Below, one piece after another: positions 16,166 through 19,468 of a stretch of DNA of 19,468 bases. Where the stretch lies: UHGV virus genome UHGV-1575775. One strand, written 5' to 3'. Both the position numbers and the translations under genes were made by a program. Within the stretch, counting starts at the first letter, position 1, and each line of letters begins with the position of its first letter. Under the pieces are notes generated by a model. It was not told the DNA's origin. It searched no databases and worked only from the letters and a program-made list of their open reading frames with translations. This stretch comes from a virus.

Positions 16166-17127
16166 AAAAAATAGTTTCCCGTGGACGAGTGCTGGGCAAG
16201 AATAGCTCCGAGTTTGCTCGCATGCTTGAAGGCAGTGAAGGCACCAAAACCTTTACCCTAAAATCTGGCCGCCAGGCTAAATTTTTGCTTACCGTTGTGC
16301 TGAGTGGTGAGATTGAGTCGCGCACGTTCGTTGACCCGGCAGTTAACGGCCGCGATCAGTCTCTGCTCACTCCTGAGTCGGTAAGCGATATTTCCCGCAC
16401 CATTAAATTGCAACAGTTCTTCCCGGCTATCGGCCGTATGGTTGGGGAGCGCATTGAGGTATTGGACGGATCACGTCGCCGCGCTGCGTGTATCTTCAAT
16501 GAAACGAAATTTGAGATTCTGGTGACGAAAGATGAGATCAGCCTGGCAGATGCCCGCCAGCTGGCCATTGATATCCAGACAGCCCGCGAACACACCCTGC
16601 GCGAGCTGGGTAAACGCTTCGAGGTTATGTACGGCAAGAATATGACCAAAGAAGAGATCGCCCGAGCTGAGAACATCTCAAAGGCTAAAGTGACGCGAGC
16701 TTTCCAGGCTGCGGCGGTGCCGGATGAGATGATTGCTGTCTTCCCTGTTGCCAGCGATCTCGCCCTGCCTGATTACCAGTTGCTGCTCCAGATCTCCGAA
16801 GATGCTAACGCTAAAAACGTACCGATTGGAGAACTGGTTGATACGGTGCGCGAGCGAATTGCAGAGACTGAGGGCGCGAAAGAGGATAAAGCGAAGATAC
16901 TGGCTATCTTCAAAGCGGAAAGCAAAAGCCTGAAACCTGCGCCGGTTAAATCTGTAGTGGTAGAGAAGCTGCGAGATTTCTCTGACCGACGCCAGTACGC
17001 ACGAAAGAAGACCGATCCGAAAAAACGGGTAGTCGCCTACGAGTTCTCCAGACTCCCATCTGAAGTGCAAACTGAAATTGACGAAGCAATAAAAAAAATC
17101 ATTGAGAAAATGTCCGCAGGAAAATAA
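16162..17127 (+). CDS. parB: Partition centromere-binding protein ParB
   Basis: Translationally coupled to parA; ParB-like motif VLDGSRRRAA; located immediately upstream of a parS-like site. Confidence 0.88.
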   Translation: MKKIVSRGRVLGKNSSEFARMLEGSEGTKTFTLKSGRQAKFLLTVVLSGEIESRTFVDPAVNGRDQSLLTPESVSDISRTIKLQQFFPAIGRMVGERIEVLDGSRRRAACIFNETKFEILVTKDEISLADARQLAIDIQTAREHTLRELGKRFEVMYGKNMTKEEIARAENISKAKVTRAFQAAAVPDEMIAVFPVASDLALPDYQLLLQISEDANAKNVPIGELVDTVRERIAETEGAKEDKAKILAIFKAESKSLKPAPVKSVVVEKLRDFSDRRQYARKKTDPKKRVVAYEFSRLPSEVQTEIDEAIKKIIEKMSAGK

Positions 17128-17174
17128 ACCTGCTGGTGGGAGGTGGCGTTAGCCCCTCCCCTGCCTAAAATGCC

Positions 17175-17250
17175 CCGCACCGATTTCATTATTAACATTA
17201 TGATTTATATATGTTTTTTAGAAAAATTTCAGACTGAAATTCCCACGGTT
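17175..17250 (+). promoter_or_regulatory. parS-like centromere site
   Basis: Heptamer boxA-like repeats (atttcat at 17183-17189, atttcag at 17226-17232, inverted tgaaatt at 17235-17241) flank an AT-rich core that may bind IHF. A boxB-like hexamer ttccca lies at 17240-17245. The layout parallels P1 parS as recalled. Confidence 0.5.
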
Positions 17251-17392
17251 TAACGCCTGTATTACTCGTCCCCACTCCCCGCACAAAAAAATTAAAAAAT
17301 TACTTTTCGCGAGAAAGTCAACAAGTGACTTTCAATAAAATCTCTTCCGAAAAGGGATTCACACAAGTGCCTTGTGTTTAAGGAAGAGTAAC

Positions 17393-19099
17393 TTGAGTAA
17401 CTTACGCGAATACCAGAATCGTATTGCAGATATCGCAAAACGCTCTAAAGCCGTTCTTGGCTGGGCAAGTACAGCACAGTTCGGTACTGATAACCAATTC
17501 ATCAAAGATGATGCCGCGCGTGCCGCATCTATCCTTGAAGCTGCACGCAAAGACCCGATTTTTGCAGGTATCTCTGATAATGCCACTGCTCAAATCGCTA
17601 CAGCGTGGGCAAGTGCACTGGCAGACTACGCCGCAACACATAAATCTATGCCACGTCCGGAAATTCTGGCCTCCTGCCACCAGACGCTGGAAAACTGCCT
17701 GATTGAGTCCACCCGAAATCGCATGGATGCCACTAATAAAGCGATGCTGGAATCCGTCGCAGCAGAGATGATGAGCGTTTCTGACGGTATTATGCGTCTG
17801 CCTTTATTCCTCGCGATGATCCTGCCTGTTCAGTTGGGGGCAGCTACCGCTGATGCGTGTACATTCGTTCCGGTTGCGCGTGACAAGTCCGAAATCTATG
17901 AAATCTTTAACGTAGCGGGTTCTTCTTTTGGCTCTTATGCTATTGGTGATGTTCTGGACATGCAATCCGTTGGCGTGTACAGCCAGTTGCGCCGCCGCTA
18001 TGTGCTGGTTGCAAGCTCCGACGGCACCAGCAAAACTGCAACCTTCAAGATGGAAGATTTCGAAGGTCAGAATGTCCCGATTCGCAAAGGTCGTACAAAC
18101 ATCTACGTTAACCGTATTAAGTCTGTTGTTGATAACGGCTCCGGTACTCTGCTTCACACATTCAATAACAAAGCAGGCGAACAAATCACTGTTACCTGCT
18201 CTTTGAATTACAACATTGGTCAGATTGTCCTGTCGTTCTCCAAAGCGCCAGATAAAGGTACAGAGATCGCCATTGAGGCGGAGATCAATATAGAAGCAGC
18301 TCCTGAGCTGATCCCACTTATCAACCACGAAATGAAGAGTTACACCCTGTTCCCAAACCAGTTCGTCATCGCGGCTGAGCACACGGTACAGGCGGCGTAT
18401 GAAGCACAGCGTGAATTTGGTCTGGATCTCGGCTCCCTACAGTTCCGCACCCTGAAGGAATACCTGTCCCATGAGCAAGATATGCTTCGTCTTCGTATCA
18501 TGATTTGGCGAACTCTTGCGACCGACTCCTTTGATATTGCACTGCCAGCTAACCAGTCCTTTGATGTGTGGGCAACTATCGTTCGAGGCAAATTCCAGAC
18601 GGTATATCGCGGTATTATTGAGCGTGTTAGATCTTCTGGTGCGATGGGGATGTATGCCGGTGCTGATGCGGCATCTTTCTTCAAACAATTGCCGAAGGAT
18701 TTCTTCCAGCCAGCAGAAGATTACATCCAGACCCCATACGTTCACTACATTGGCACTCTGTTCGGCAACGTCAAAGTGTTCGAAGTACCAGAAGGTATTT
18801 GTACGAACCTGACCGCCGACGGTATCCAGTTCAGCCCAATGGATGTGCTGTGCTACGTCCGTGATGAAAATCCGGGCAAAGCGGGCTTCGTAACTGGTGA
18901 TGCAGTCCCGGCTGTCCCATTCCAGCATCCGACCACCCCGGCACTGGTCAACCGAACCACTCTGTGGGGTTCGGCTATCAACGATATGCACCCACGTAAC
19001 GGCGCTGACTACTTCACCCGTGTAACTCTGACTATGGCCAAAAATGGCGGAATTAACTTCCTGACCGGTAACATGATTGATGCCGGTGACTCTGAGTAA
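17393..19099 (+). CDS. Large phage structural protein, putative major head protein precursor (P1 gp23-like)
   Basis: Roughly 570 aa ORF right after the par locus, where P1 carries gene 23 as I recall. Probable TTG start at 17393 with an AGGAAG Shine-Dalgarno 6 nt upstream; the ORF finder starts at a TTG at 17372. Function assigned by position and size only. Confidence 0.4.
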   Translation: MSNLREYQNRIADIAKRSKAVLGWASTAQFGTDNQFIKDDAARAASILEAARKDPIFAGISDNATAQIATAWASALADYAATHKSMPRPEILASCHQTLENCLIESTRNRMDATNKAMLESVAAEMMSVSDGIMRLPLFLAMILPVQLGAATADACTFVPVARDKSEIYEIFNVAGSSFGSYAIGDVLDMQSVGVYSQLRRRYVLVASSDGTSKTATFKMEDFEGQNVPIRKGRTNIYVNRIKSVVDNGSGTLLHTFNNKAGEQITVTCSLNYNIGQIVLSFSKAPDKGTEIAIEAEINIEAAPELIPLINHEMKSYTLFPNQFVIAAEHTVQAAYEAQREFGLDLGSLQFRTLKEYLSHEQDMLRLRIMIWRTLATDSFDIALPANQSFDVWATIVRGKFQTVYRGIIERVRSSGAMGMYAGADAASFFKQLPKDFFQPAEDYIQTPYVHYIGTLFGNVKVFEVPEGICTNLTADGIQFSPMDVLCYVRDENPGKAGFVTGDAVPAVPFQHPTTPALVNRTTLWGSAINDMHPRNGADYFTRVTLTMAKNGGINFLTGNMIDAGDSE

Positions 19100-19159
19100 T
19101 CAGGGGAAGTTCTCCGTTTAACATAGCGCCCCTGCTCGGGGCGCATAACAGGGAAAGTT

Positions 19160-19465
19160 ATGTCTCAATATTCAATTCAACAGTCATTAGGTAATGCATC
19201 CGGCGTCGCGGTTAGCCCGATCAATGCCGATGCGACGTTATCTACCGGTGTTGCATTAAATAGCAGCTTGTGGGCTGGTATTGGCGTATTTGCGCGTGGC
19301 AAGCCGTTTACTGTTCTTGCGGTTACTGAGTCCAATTACGAAGATGTTCTCGGCGAACCGCTGAAGCCGTCTTCCGGCTCACAGTTCGAACCAATTCGCC
19401 ATGTGTACGAAGCGGCACTGTTGCAAATAGTCGGTGGTGATAAACTTATCATCCCCTTTTGCTGA
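19160..19465 (+). CDS. Hypothetical protein
   Basis: 101 aa ORF with an AGGGAAAG ribosome-binding site, preceded by a GC-rich hairpin (gcgcccc-tgctc-ggggcgc at 19117-19135). The stop sits at the window edge. No recognised motif. Confidence 0.4.
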   Translation: MSQYSIQQSLGNASGVAVSPINADATLSTGVALNSSLWAGIGVFARGKPFTVLAVTESNYEDVLGEPLKPSSGSQFEPIRHVYEAALLQIVGGDKLIIPFC

Positions 19466-19468
19466 TGG

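Overview
This window reads as the plasmid-maintenance and replication region of a P1-family phage-plasmid, seen in inverted orientation relative to the usual P1 map. All identifications rest on reading the sequence and on recalled family features; no database search was run. The strongest calls are a P1-type replicon (tandem DnaA boxes, five GATC sites, five incC iterons, repA, nine incA iterons), a ParA/ParB partition operon with a downstream parS-like site, a DnaB-family helicase (ban), a fused C5-cytosine/N6-adenine methyltransferase (dmt), an RdgC homolog (hrdC), and three tRNA genes (Ile2-CAU, Thr-UGU, Asn-GUU). Also present are an SPFH-domain lipoprotein with a small membrane partner, an overlapping Rz/Rz1-like spanin pair, a PAAR-like protein, a gpV-like baseplate spike and a putative capsid gene. 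The most unusual stretch is about 1.75 kb between upl and dmt (5127-6883) that has no credible protein gene but holds five related hairpin modules with compensatory arm changes, one enclosing a tRNA-like T-arm. Next to it a bipartite C1-operator-like site overlaps the dmt stop codon and appears to drive a short terminated transcript. A GT-B glycosyltransferase-like gene is translationally coupled to ban. I found no single complete, obviously novel multi-gene system; these are the candidates worth testing.
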